From Octopus sinensis (taxonomy: Eukaryota), in NCBI RefSeq assembly GCF_006345805.1, contig NC_043014.1, forward strand, positions 16,306,001 to 16,370,000: 64,000 nt of DNA, written 5' to 3'. Of the stretch, positions 48,401-61,819 are shown piece by piece. Below the pieces are notes generated by a model, which was given only the letters and a program-made list of their open reading frames with translations, ran no database searches and was not told where the DNA came from. The translations under genes were made by a program, and so were the position numbers. Each line of letters opens with the position of its first letter. Position 1 is the first letter of the stretch.

Positions 48401-48550
48401 TTAGTAAAAGGATTGGGGTGACGGCTGTGCAGGCGTTAGGGGAGGCAATCCCGTGTCTGTTGACTGCGGTGGTCTTGCATAGTGGTGGGCAGGGTTCCTT
48501 CTCTGTGCTTGCTGTAGCCAGGTTAGCTGCCGGACAATTCTTTGCACCAT
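45455..48550 (-). mobile_element. CR1-clade LINE, inverted near-twin of 17993-21150, with a long open APE-RT frame
   Basis: ORF 45966..48170 (734 aa), open further upstream to ILLLNIGGL. All RT motifs are present (KAFDKVDH, GVPQGTVLGP, YADD). There is a premature TAG after RLDYCS. Confidence 0.95.
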
Positions 48551-49536
<986 letters not shown>

Positions 49537-50140
49537 AGAAAAGGGAGGAGCCATGGTGGAGTTGCAATGTACATTCGAGATGACCTCACACCCCAGGTCC
49601 TGTTGTCATATTCAAACTCAGTGTGTGACACTCAAATTGTACACATAAGACAACTGAATATCGTCATATGCACTACATATCGCCCACCAGATGCCCCAAA
49701 TCACCCAGGCATGTTTGAAGACTGCCTAACACAAATAGGAGAAGTCCTCACCAACCTTGAACAACACAACAGTGTATTCTTCATAGGTGACTTTAACTTC
49801 CCCAATGTGGAATGGCCTGGGGGGCAGATGCTCTCAGGGATGACACACCATCAGCAGGCACAGGCAGTGTCCCTGCTCCATCTCACAAATGCCTCTTTCA
49901 TGGAGCAAATAGTTCTGCAAACAACAAGGGCAGATAATATACTGGATCTCTGCTTCACAAACAATATGGATATTATCCATAATGTGAAAGTGATGCCGAC
50001 AATGATCTCAGATCACAACATAATAGAGCTGTCTATGTATGGACCAAAAGCCTATACGAAGCATCCACCATCTCTCCAACTTAAACTTTCATAAAGCAAA
50101 CTTGAAAGTTGATTGAGAAAGAGATCCTCAAACGGGATTG
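49537..50140 (+). mobile_element. CR1 (second subfamily) APE fragment
   Basis: [31 protein letters not shown] and SDHN motifs. Confidence 0.88.
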
Positions 50141-50660
50141 GTTCATCTGGGACTCCCGACAAGAAGAGATCCAGTTTAGTTTTAAAGAAACCCACATCCA
50201 CACCACGTAAGTCTCTCAGGCATTTAGGGAGGATGTTAAAGAGCTGTGGTCCTCTGAAACCCAAGCTGTTCCAGTATCTGGTCCTGTATTTTGATGGTGA
50301 TGTTGGAATCTTTGGCAACATGCAGTGGCGCCCCGTTCTGCAGTTGGGGCAACTTTGAATGCCAAAGTTTGGGACCAGGCCCTCGATGATTTTCCAGATG
50401 TATATCACTGCATATCTCTCCTGCCTTCGCTCTAGGGAGAAGAGGTTTAATACTTTCAGTCTTTCCCAGTAGCTGATATTTTGCAATGAGATGATCTTCT
50501 TTGTGTAGCTTCTTTGAATTGCTTTGAGTTCTGCTGTTAGTTTCATATTGTGTGGTGACCACAGTTGGGAGCAGTAGTCCAAGCGGCTGAGGACGAATGT
50601 TTTCCAGAGGACCATTAGTGTCTCCTTCTCTCTTGTTCTGATAGTTTGGAGAATCCAAAA
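50141..50660 (-). mobile_element. CR1 (second subfamily) 3' RT fragment fused convergently to the APE fragment
   Basis: LSRLDYCSQLWSP, SYWERLKVLNLFSLERR and FKTKLDLFLSGVPDEP motifs. Confidence 0.88.
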
Positions 50661-50919
50661 CCCCAAGTTTACAAGTAATAAATATAAAATGATTAAACAG
50701 CCATTTTGTGTGTGTGTGTGTGTCTACACTGGTTCTGATATGTCTACACAGCAACGGAGTAAAAGGATGGCATAGAAATTTTATTGCTACTATGGGAAAT
50801 TACTGCTCTGCTTTGCAAGTTCTCTTTTTACGAGCGGTCTCCGGGAACATATCAACTTGCATATGAAGGCATTACTGTGCCTGTGTGCATATATAGGTGC
50901 AGGATGTCACAGTAAACAA

Positions 50920-51170
50920 CATCATCATCATCATCATTTAGCGTCCGCTTTCCGTGCTAGCACGGGTTGGATGGTTCAACTGGGGTCTGGGTAGCCAGAA
51001 GGCTGCACCAGGCCCAGTCTGTTCTGGCAATGTTTCTATGGCTGGATGTCCTTCCTAATGCCAACTACTCCGTGAGTTTTTTACGTGCCACTGGCACAGG
51101 TGCCAGACAGGGCTGGCAAATGGCCACAGTCGGATGGTGCTTTTTACATGCTACCGGCACGGGGGCCAGG
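50920..51170 (-). mobile_element. family D element
   Basis: (CAT)n followed by TTTAGCGTCCGCTTTCC. It is closest to 44100-44353. Confidence 0.8.
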
Positions 51171-51883
51171 CGATGAAAACAAATGAGTTAAGTACACAAA
51201 TAATAAGAGGAAAAAATAGAAAACTGGATAAGTAATACACAGAAAGAACCCTTCGTATGTTGTCGGCTGTCTATCTACTCCTCATTTCTAGCATTCAACG
51301 ACAACTATTCCCATAAATTACCAAAATAAAATTTGGGATTTCTGGACAGTTAAAGTTGGGAACTAAAACAGGAAAGTGGAGACAGAGAAGGAAACCAAAC
51401 GAAAACAAGCGTGGAGGGTCGTTGGACCAGAATGAGGGGGGGGGGGAATAATAAAAGGGAAAAGAGAGGAGTAGAAGACATCCAGTTGTTAGAAAAAGAA
51501 AGAGGGCCACATATAAATAGTTATGGTACATTCTGTTAAGAATGTAGAACAGTATAAAGATCGCCTACCTTCAGATTTCATCCTGTGCTGTCCAGTGGTA
51601 ATAGATTTACTTCCAGGTTTGTGTTTGGGTTTCTCTGTCGTGTGTGAACAGGGAACAGGAAAAAAATTGGAGTCAATAAGAAGGGGCAGAGTTGGACATT
51701 TTAATTTTTTTAATCACTGCAATGGTTTCCACGCAACCTGCTTCTCCAGGTGATCAGGGAGTTGATTATGCAACCGGTTTCCTCTGTTACGAGATCTGGT
51801 TGTGTTTCCTCAGGTGATATATAAATATTGCTGCCCAAAGTTTTAAATTCTTGGCTTCAAGACCATCCCATCCGTCTGTTGTG

Positions 51884-52160
51884 GCCTAAATTTAGTAGTA
51901 GCCAAGACTGTGGGGCTAGAAAGAAACGAATCGAGGACAGAATACATCACCATTAATATAAACAGTGACAAAACAACAGGCGTCCTGGCAAATGGAAAAC
52001 AGCTATCCAGGGTTGATAAATTCACTTACCTAGGATCGACTGTAACTGCTCTCACAACTCAAACTGTGACATCATAGACAGTAGGAGAGCGGCATGTCAC
52101 AGCTTCAACACCTCTGGTCGTCTGACATCAACACAGCAATGAAGATAAAGATGGACAAAA
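51884..52160 (+). mobile_element. RTE-like RT fragment (degenerate)
   Basis: GLNL...KT...NGKQLSRVDKFTYLGS, followed in a shifted frame by LQHLWSSDINTAMKIK. Confidence 0.5.
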
Positions 52161-52290
52161 CTTCCGACTTTTACATATGGATGAGAAACATGGGTAACAG
52201 GCAAAAAACCGGCAAAGGGCCATGGTGAATACTTTTACACAAGAAACCTAAGGAAAATATATCAGATATCTTATACACACACACACACAA

Positions 52291-52351
<61 letters not shown>

Positions 52352-52856
52352 TCTGTTCTATGTATAACCAAAGAAAGAGCACATCTCAGATGAGGTGACA
52401 AGTATGTCTGGACCACTTCTCTAAGAAGATTTTCAAATTCTAATTCATTTTACTAAAGTTAATATTTGGATCGTCTGTAATTTCCAATTTTAAAGGCTTT
52501 CATGTGTGTGTGTGTGTGCGTGCATTATAACATCAGCCTCACAAGATATAGTATATTATTATCAAATTTTTTTAATAAAGCATCGCTTCGAATTATTTGA
52601 CAGAAACACAGAAAAGAGAGATTATAATTTGAAAGAGTACCACCATCATAATCCCCGTCATCACCACTCCTAATGTCGCCCGAATCAAGAATAACAACGA
52701 GAATGGAAATGAAAACAACAACCAGCAAAGTAAAAAGCAAGAAGACAAGAAATTAAATTGCCACTTCAACACAGCTGCAAATTCCAACATCACAATTATT
52801 ACCATCTCCGACATCACAACCACCATTAACACCAACACAACAAAAATTGAAAATAC

Positions 52857-53353
52857 TACTCTCTCTTTTTCTCTTTTACTTGTTTCAATCATTTGACTGC
52901 GGCCATGCTGGAGCACCGCCTTTAGTCGAGCAACTCGACCCCGGGGTTATTCTTTGTAAGCCCAGTATTTATTCTATCGGTCTCTTTTGCCGAACCGCTA
53001 AGTGACGGGGACGCATCTTGGGCAAGTGTCTTCTGCTATAGCCTCGGGCCGACCAATGCCTTGTGAGTGGATTTGGTAGACGGAAACTGAAAGAAGCCCG
53101 TCGTATATATGTATATATATGTATGTATGTATGTGTATGTATATGTTTGTGTGTCTGTGTTTGTCCCTCTAGCATTGCTTGACAACCGATGCTGGTGTGG
53201 TGTGTTTACGTCCCCGTCACCTAGCGATTCGGCAAAAGAGACCGATAGAATAAGTACTGGGCTTACAAAGAATAAGTCCCGGGGTCGATTTGCTCGACTA
53301 AAGGCGGTGCTCCAGCATGGCCGCAGTCAAATGACTGAAACAAGTAAAAGAGT
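52857..53353. mobile_element. two truncated SINE B copies in opposite orientation (minus 52857-53013; plus 53014-53353)
   Basis: Both contain the 3' half of the family, joined at GGGGACG|CATCTTGGGC. Confidence 0.85.
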
Positions 53354-53774
53354 AACCCAGAATCCATCCAAACAATAATAAAACGATCGTTTACGAAAAG
53401 TATAAGACTAGAAAGTCAGAAAATATAGCATTCAAATAGAAAAGTACCTCAGATTAATCTGGGGTATCAAAATGTTGGTTACTAAGGGGTAAAAATTGGT
53501 ACCATAAAGCTGAGAATGAGGCCAGGAAGTATTCCACAAAACTCTAAAGAGGGACGAACTTGGCCGCCATGCTAATCTACTTTGGTTGGAGAGCAGTAAG
53601 AATGAAGATGGTCGATATGTCCTCAAAAGTAAACATTGCAAATGGCAAAAAGTATCATACGTATATTAGCTAGGATGCAGAAGAGCCACGTCAGTGTACG
53701 TAGAGGGTATCCCTATCATACTGTCGGATATACAACGCATCTAGGTGATTGGCGCTGCTCTGAGAATTAAATTA

Positions 53775-54033
53775 AAAAATAAATAAATGCACCCTTTTAA
53801 AGCCTAGCCAGGCTCATGGGCCTGGTTTCCCGGTTTCAATGGCGTATGTGTTCCCCAGCTGGACGGGACGCCGGTCCATCGCAGCGTTACTCATTTTTGT
53901 CAGCTGAGTGGACCGGAGCAACGTGAAATGAAGTGTTTTGCTCAAGAACACAACGCGTCGCCCGGTCCAGGAATCGAATCCACAATCTTACGATCATGAT
54001 GCTGACACCCTAACCATTAAGCCACGCGCCTCC
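53775..54033 (-). mobile_element. tRNA-head SINE with V-domain-like core
   Basis: Minus strand GGAGGCGCGTGGCTTAATGGTTAGGG...GATTCGATTCC (A/B boxes), GTTGTGTTCTTGAGCAAAACAC, and CTGCGATGGACCGGCGTCCCGTCCAG, which resembles the V-SINE domain. Confidence 0.75.
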
Positions 54034-54138
54034 ACCTGAGGATTTAAATGATACAAAAACCATATTTATAAAAAAATGGAAGATGAGTAACTTTCAACAT
54101 CCCCGAAGCCACTGTACAAGGCACACTGAGAAAAACAA

Positions 54139-54532
54139 TCTTTATATATAAAAGTGAAGTTGTGTGTCTGTCTCCTACGATTTAGATTCCTAACTACTCC
54201 CACATTTTGCGGTGCAGTTTAACCAAAACCGGGTATCGTATAGTCGTGATTCATATCGAGCCCTTCTGGGTATTAGCGCGCGTCTACGATGAGTCTACGA
54301 TTTTAAAAATAATTTACCATCATTTTTTTCCATTTCAATGCATTATTCGCTATTATATAAGGGAAGTAACTCTCTAAAAATGTCTACGATGAGTCAATGA
54401 TTTAAAAAAAAATTACCATCATTTTTTCCCTTTTGTTATGCATTTTTTGCTATTTTTTTGCTATAACTCTCTAAAAATGCTTATATAGTTATTTCCCTTA
54501 CAAACCCGAGCAACGCCGGGCGATACTGCTAG
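54139..54532 (+). mobile_element. non-autonomous Helitron
   Basis: A|TC start, subterminal hairpin CCCGAGCAACGCCGGG and CTAG|T end. It has an internal tandem duplication. Confidence 0.85.
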
Positions 54533-54559
54533 TAACATATAAAATAATAGGAGTTAAAA

Positions 54560-57500
54560 GTCGTAGATTGAAACGACCGACACAATAACAAATTGAAAAG
54601 TGTCTACGTCCAGTATAGGACAAAAAAAACCTACGTTGTAAGAAAAAGTGATATGGCACTGTGGAGGTGAGATTTACCACGGAGGAGTAGGGGCAAGGAA
54701 GCACTTTGATTCTAAAAAATGAAGTTCTGCTTCTTGTAACCATAGAACCGGATCGTTGGGTAGTGAAAATATAAATCCTAATATGCCACCAGAAATAAAC
54801 AGCTGCTGGTTGGTGGAAGCTGTTCTGGATATAGAGGCCAAAACAAACATCCTACAGGTGTGGAAACTCCAAAAACAAAATTGGTTGGGGTAAGGTTTGG
54901 AGTTGTGGCTGTAAATGGATTACGAAAGTTTAGAAGCAATTCCAGACGTCATAAATCGACAAGAAAACACCAACCTCCACGTGACCGTTGAGAGTAAAAG
55001 GCAGAGGTATTATCTGTGTGGGGACACGAATCATCTGAAGGCCTTTTGCTCACAACAAAAGAGAGAAGGGAGACACCACTTTTGCCGACACCACTTTTGC
55101 CGACACCATCGTCACCACAGCAACGGCAACAGCACCAAAAACAACAGTATCAGTAACAGCAATTACAGCAGCACTGACAGCGGTAGCATCAACAACAACA
55201 AGAACAACAATAGTGGAAGCACCAGCAACATACAGAACAAAGAACTCAAGAGCATATATGGTTTCCATATCATTAACTACACAGTAATACATACCATGTC
55301 AACCGGGAATGGGTGTGGGGCGTGTTTGGAACTGCGGTGTTGTTCCGGAGATGTCTGGATCTCAAGATAAGGACTACCTTCCTGGACTCAGAAGGTAAGT
55401 TCGAGATCCTAGATGTGAACAGTAGTGACGAGGATGCCCTCAAACTGGTGACTGTTTATGTCCCGACAAGAACAGGACATCTGGATTTCTTCAGACGTCA
55501 AGAGATTTTCCTATGGTCGTCTCGACCTTTAGTGTTAGTGGGCGATTGGAACGCCGTCTTAGAGCCACGTTTGGACTGTGTGAAGCAAGGAGATAGAAGA
55601 GGGGTGGTGAGAGCCTCATAAACCTGCTTATATATTTCTAAGTGTCTAACAGGTACGGACTGAATGTGCCAATGTGGACATGGACGAACTTCATCGGGTC
55701 ATCCAGGTCATTTCTAGATGGGGTATTGTGTAGGCCAGTAGATAAGGATAGTATAAGTTGCCTACTTTTCAAACTCATCGGCTACACAGACCAGAAATTT
55801 ATGATCTGTATGGTCGATCCAGATAGGCTTAGATGGCAGGGATCCAGTTACTGGAAACTGAACGCGCCAAGCCCAATGCCAAACCCAACGTGCCAAGCTT
55901 ACAGAGACCGGATTAGAGAATTAGTTAAGCGGGCGTTGAAGAAGCAATCGTCAACAACAAATTGTGGTTTGCTCTGAAAAAGGTAATTAGAGTAGAATCA
56001 GCCAGGTTTAGTAAGGCATTAGTGATAGAAATAAATAAAATAGAAGGTCACCTAGAACCTTTGAAAAGGCATTTAAGAAAGGCATTGCAACCGACGTGCA
56101 GGTCGTGAGATTGGCCGTGAACCAATTCTTGAACGCTAAACACAAAGGTTGCATTGTTAGAGCTAAGATGCATGCTCTAAGACAAGAAGAAACGAAAGCC
56201 GCTCGATGGATCCGAGTGGCAGAGCGCAACGTGACAACAAAGTCACAATTCGGTCTTTGGTGAACCAAAATGGGCGCATCGGACTCGAGCCCGAGCGGCA
56301 TTTCAGTGGCACTTCCCCTGACTGTTTGGTACGAATGGTGGTCCGGAACGCTGGATAGATTTCAAAGTCTATCTCGACTGCATGTCATGACTCTCAGCAA
56401 GGTGGGTAGAGCGTTGTAAAATGCTGATAACAGTCGTGGAAAAACAGGATGCGATGATGGGCCGCACGGGGAGTAAATCACCTGGTCTGGATGGTCTGAC
56501 TTATGAGCTTTACTTTTACATGCCAGACTTACTTGGCGGTCTCTTAGTAGATATCTACTGCAACTGGCAACAGAACAGGAGAATTTCTAGTTCTGTAAGT
56601 CGAGGAGCGGTGCCACTGGAAAGAAAGGACCCAAACAAGCTAGGCTCAAATCGAAAATTTCAGGCCCATAACGCTGCTAAACGCGGACTTCAAAATTTTG
56701 ACTTAGGTGTGAGCAAAGAGGTTGACGTTTGTCGTCGAAGAACTGATTGTTGAAACGCAAACATCCAAGACAACCTCTACCTCATGCGAGGGTGGGTAAA
56801 GAAGCTGCTATGGGTGGGGCCTTGATCAATTTGGATCACTCTAAAGCCTTCGATAGGGTCGACCACCGATACTTGGCGGCCGTTCTCACGGCGGTTGGTT
56901 TTGGTCCCGTTTTCCATGGCTGGATTTGCAATGTACTGTGACATATACTCGGTAGTTCGGGTAAATGGTTAACTATCGGAACCATTCAACATCGTACGAT
57001 GTGTCCGTCAGGGGTGTCCACTCTCATCTCTGTGTATGTTCTGGCTCTAGAGCCATTACTGCAGAAAGGGAGGCGTTGATAGGAATCCCGCGCAAACTAG
57101 GATGTGGGAGAATAGTCTCGGCATACGCAGACGACGTCATGTCATAGTGTCGAACACCAGACACACAGACCCAGTCTGCACTACTCTAAAAGAATACGAG
57201 TCGGTGTCAGGAGCAAAAATTAAGCAAGAAAAGTCAGTGGGCCTGCACCTCAGCACCTGCAGAGGCCGTCCAAGAATGTAGTGGGACGCTGGACGGAGGG
57301 ACCAGTTAAATTGCTCGTGGTCTGGTTTGATCCGTGGAGAACTGGAACGACGTGTCGAGCAAGGTGGCCAATCTCATCCAGAAATGAGTCAAGAGAAAGC
57401 TATTCCTGAAAGGTCGGGCAGAGGTGGCGGATGCTTCATCGCCTCTTATATATATATTATCGCCTGACAGTCGTGCCTTGCTGGGCATGCCGTGGCTGTT

Positions 57501-58545
57501 GATTCGCAGACATGCTCTGAGGCTACGACATCTCCAGCGATTCCTTGACGGTGAGCAGGTGTGGTCGTTATTTGTCAGACAGGATTTTCCACAGCTCGTC
57601 TTTTTAACTGAGCTGAGTTCATGGATCAAGCATAGACCAGGGTATGAGGCCTGGCACCTAGAGTATCGTCAGGCGCTCACAATCCTCTGTCGGCCGGGCA
57701 ATGCGGCCAGTGGAAGTTTTACTCTGGCGTTCTGTAGAGGGTCAGTGGCGGTCAAGTACGATGATGCTCTTGGCGAGATTCTGGGCGTCGACGAGAATAA
57801 ACTCTACAAGCATGGAAGTACTGTCAGCCGGGTTTGCCCGAGATGCGTGTAGAGCGGGAAACTGCTCTGCACGACCGAGCATTGCTTACTTGTGGGTTTC
57901 AGTCAAACACCTGCTGTCACGTGAAGGACGGATCGGATTATCAGAGTCTATCGTGAAGATCGCTCCGCTGCCTTCCTTTGGCCGAGAAGGGAAGACAACG
58001 TTTCTCTGTCCGGTGGCCTTAGCGAAAGAGGTTGTGTGGTGAACCAGGTTGAAAGGGCTGGAGACTGCAACTGGCGACAGAACAGAAGAATTCCTAGTTC
58101 TGTAAGATGAGGGACGATGCCCCTGGAAAGAAAGGGCCCAAACAAGCTGGGGTCAAATCGAAAAATTGGGGCCCATAATGCAGCTAAAGTTTTTCGGCTT
58201 CCACTTGAAAAGGAAGGAGAAGGCTACCTCCCAACAATCCTGTTAAAAGGTAGGTGAATGTAACGCGAATGGCCCGATTGAATGGGCTTACTCTAAGCAT
58301 GCACCTCTAGATCGAGGGTAGATGAAGTGGAGAGGGCACTTGCCCTAGAGGTTAGGGCGGTTGAAGTTTTTGTGAGTTTTTTCACGAGCAGCCTTTGGAA
58401 GCTTCCCTCTTTTGTGGGGTCTTTTTTGTTAGAAGTTCCTTTGGTATTCTTTATTTACAAGTTTCAGTCGCACTTTATTTGTATTGTACTGTCCTGTACA
58501 GTTCCCAGTCGTTTTACATGAACTTTCAGTGATTAATAAAGAAAA
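54560..58545 (+). mobile_element. decayed L1/Tx1-clade LINE (ORF1 with Zn knuckle, APE, RT)
   Basis: YLCGDTNHLKAFC knuckle. APE motifs VTVYVP, LVGDWNAVL, WTW..SRSFLD and YWKLN. RT motifs KSPGLDGL, LDHSKAFDRVDH, VRQGCPLS and AYADDV. Many stops and frameshifts. Confidence 0.8.
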
Positions 58546-58563
58546 GATTATTATCATTATAAA

Positions 58564-58990
58564 GGCGGCGATCTAGTAAAATCGTTACCACGCCGGGCAA
58601 ATGCTTAGCGGCATTTCGTCCGTAATTACATTCTGAGTTAAAATTTCGTCGAGGTCGACTTTACTTTTGATCCTTCGGGATCGATAAAATAAGTACCAGT
58701 TGTGTACTGTGGTCAATGTAATCGACTAGCCTCTCCCTCAAATTTCAGGCCTTGTGCCTATAGTAGAAAGGATTATTATAAAGGCAGTGAGCTGGTAGAA
58801 TGGTTAACACGCCGAGCAGAATGCTTAACGGCATTCCGTCCGTCTTTACGTTCTGAGTTCAAATTCCGCTGTCGAATTTGCTTTTCATCCTTCCGAGTCG
58901 ATAAAATGAGTGTTGAGATCGATTTAATCGACTTAGCTCCTCTCCTCCAAGCTGTGGGCATTGTGCCAAAATTGAAACCATCATTATTAT
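58564..58990 (+). mobile_element. two tandem SINE family A variants (58564-58778, 58783-58990)
   Basis: Family A heads and cores with a divergent (ATT)n tail. Confidence 0.75.
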
Positions 58991-59002
58991 TAAAATATTG
59001 AT

Positions 59003-59562
59003 ATAGGTGCAGGAGTGGCTGTGTGGTAAGAAGCTTGATTACCAAGCACACGGTTCTGGGTTCAGCCCCACTGCGTAGCACCTTGGGCAAGTGTCTTCTA
59101 CTATAGCCTCGGGCCGACCAAAGCCTTGTGAGTGGATTTGGTAGACGGAAACTGAAAGAAGCCCGTAGTATATATGTATATATGAGGCGCAATGGCCCAG
59201 TGGTTAGGGCAGCGGACTCGCGGTCATAGGATCGCGGTTTCGATTCCCAGACCGGGCGTTGTGAGTGTTTATTGAGCGAAAACACCTAAAGCTCCACGAG
59301 GCTCTGGCAGGGGATGGTGGTGATCCCTGCTGTACTCTTTCACCACAACTTTCTCTCACTCTTACTTCCTGTTTCTGTTGTACCTGTATTTCAAAGGGCT
59401 GGCCTTGTCACTCTCTGTGTCACGCTGAATATCCCCGAGAACTACGTTACGGGTACACGTGTCTGTGGAGTGCTCAGCCACTTACACGTTAATTTCACGA
59501 GCAGGCTGTTCCGTTGATTCGGATCAACCGGAACCCTCATCGTCGTAACCGACGGAGTGCTT

Positions 59563-59630
<68 letters not shown>

Positions 59631-59990
59631 ATCATTGTTATATGTTTTATCTTATATTTAATATTTCTATAATATGTAATTTTTCTAAATGGTATAAATT
59701 TATTTTTCATTATTGAATTGATAAAAGGTGTTTTTTTTCTTTTTATTCATATATATATGTATATGTATATGTATATGTTTGTGTGTCTGTGTTTGACCGC
59801 CACCATCGCTTGACAGAAGATGTTGGTGTGTTTGCGTCCCTGTAACTTAGCAGTTCGGCAAAAGACACCAATAGAATAAATACTACGCATACAAAGAATA
59901 AGTCCCGGGGTCGATTTCTTCGACTAAATGCGGCGCTCCAGCATGGCCGCAGTCAAATGACTGAAACAAATAACAGAATAAATGAATATA
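59003..59990 (+). mobile_element. SINE B split into a 5' half (59003-59183) and a 3' half (~59755-59990)
   Basis: Halves match the full family B copies, and the interruption is at the internal TA tract. Confidence 0.7.
59184..59565 (+). mobile_element. tRNA-derived SINE family C
   Basis: GAGGCGCAATGGCCCAGTGGTTAGGG...GGTTTCGATTCCC head, with TA repeats on both sides. Confidence 0.75.
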
Positions 59991-60272
59991 GATTAAAAGA
60001 TAGTGACAAAGCAAGCAAATATGGACACTTATATCACATAGAAAAAAGACAAAACAAAACAAAATCAAATGACAATTGCAAAAATAGAATTCAAACAAAA
60101 TACGTAGTTTAGAATAAATGCGTCACTTGAGTCTCACAGGTGATTCTCTACATTTTTTTCTCTGTCCAAAGGGCTTTTAACTTCGTGTATTACGCGCCTT
60201 TATTAATAGCTAGTCTGACATTCGAGATGTATCATTTATAGAGACACATATACATATTTGTACGTATATATG

Positions 60273-60478
60273 TACTCTTTTACTTGTATCAGTCATTTGA
60301 CTGTGGCCATGCTGGAGCACCGCCTTTTAGTCGAGCAAATCGACTCCAGGACTTATCCTTTGTAAGCCTAGCACTAATTCTATCGGTATCTTTGGCCGAA
60401 CCGCTAAGTTATGGGGACGTAAATACACCACCATCGGTTGTCAAGCGATGTGGGGGGGGGGCAAACACACACAAACAT

Positions 60479-60529
<51 letters not shown>

Positions 60530-60897
60530 CACGACGGGCTTCTTTCAGTTTCCGTCTACGAAATCCACTCACAAGGCTATGGTCGGCCCGAGGCTATAGT
60601 AGAAGACACTTGCCCAAGGTGCCATGCAGTGGCAATGAACCCGGAACCATGTGGTTGGTAATCAAGCTACTTACCACACAGCCACTCCTGCGCCTGTATG
60701 TATGTATGTAATTATGTATGCATGAATGCACGTGTCTCTATGCGTATATGCACGTATATATAACCACATGGTTCTGGGTTCAGTACCACTGCGCGGCACC
60801 TTCGGTGAGTGTCTTCTACTATAGCCTCGGGCTGACCAAAGTCTTGTGAGTGAATTTGGTAGCCGGAAACTGAAGGAAGCCCGTCGTATATATATAT
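60273..60897. mobile_element. SINE B full copy (minus, 60273-60697) head-to-head with a partial plus copy (60762-60897)
   Basis: Matches family B. Confidence 0.85.
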
Positions 60898-61433
60898 ATA
60901 TATAATAAAAGAATCAACCATATATATATATATGTGTGTGTGTGTGTGTATATTCCATGTATTTGAAACTTTTAATGTCCTTATATATTGTACGGCGTTT
61001 TTAAGTTATTCCACATTTTCATATAAATATATTTGAACATTGTCGTACATTCTGTTTCTAGTAAAAACGTTGTTAAAGGCATGGATTTTGTGACCAGTAA
61101 ATGAAAGAATCATTATTACTATTAGTGTTATTTTAAGTTACTAAGATGAAATACTACTATAATGAAGTAATGTAATGTAGATTAGCTCTAATCGCAGTAC
61201 TATGGTAATTAATAATCCTAACTACTATTCAAATATTATCAATGAATAATCAAAAGTCATTATGTCCTATTCTGAAGCCTGACTCATTTCTGTCTTTCTC
61301 ACTTTTTATTTCCCTTCTTGATCCCTTCGCCACAGCAATAATTCACATTTGCTAGTCTTCTTTATATATCTAAAGCATTGATTGCTCTTTGTATCATTAG
61401 TTATTAGCATTCTTTCGGTTCATTCACCATTCA

Positions 61434-61819
61434 TCTCTCTCTATATAAACGGCAGTTTGTCTGTGCGTGTTTCTGTGTGTCTGTTTGCTTGTACCCTCAC
61501 CCTGACCACGGCTTTCAACCGATTCTGATGAAACTTGACACACACATAGCCCAATGTCATAATTCAAAACTAACGCAGCGAAAATTTTGAAAAGTTCCCC
61601 CAGTTCTGAAAAAAAATCGATAAATTCGACATGGGGTCGAGAATCAGGAATACGAACCACAAACTGTCTAGGGGACGCAACTCTACCTTTTTTAAATCTT
61701 AAAAAAAAATTTACCATCATTTTTTTCCATTTTTTTGCTATTTTTTGGCTATAACTCTCTAAAAATGCTTTATAGTTATTTCCCTTATAAACCTGAGCAA
61801 CGCCGGGCGATACTGCTAG
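61434..61819 (+). mobile_element. non-autonomous Helitron (second type, same 3' end)
   Basis: A|TC start, CCTGAGCAACGCCGGG hairpin and CTAG|T end. The last ~130 bp match 54139-54532. Confidence 0.82.

Noticed and set aside
49537-50660. Twin-priming 5' inversion
   Set aside because: The fragments are convergent and lack a 3' tail, which is the wrong geometry.
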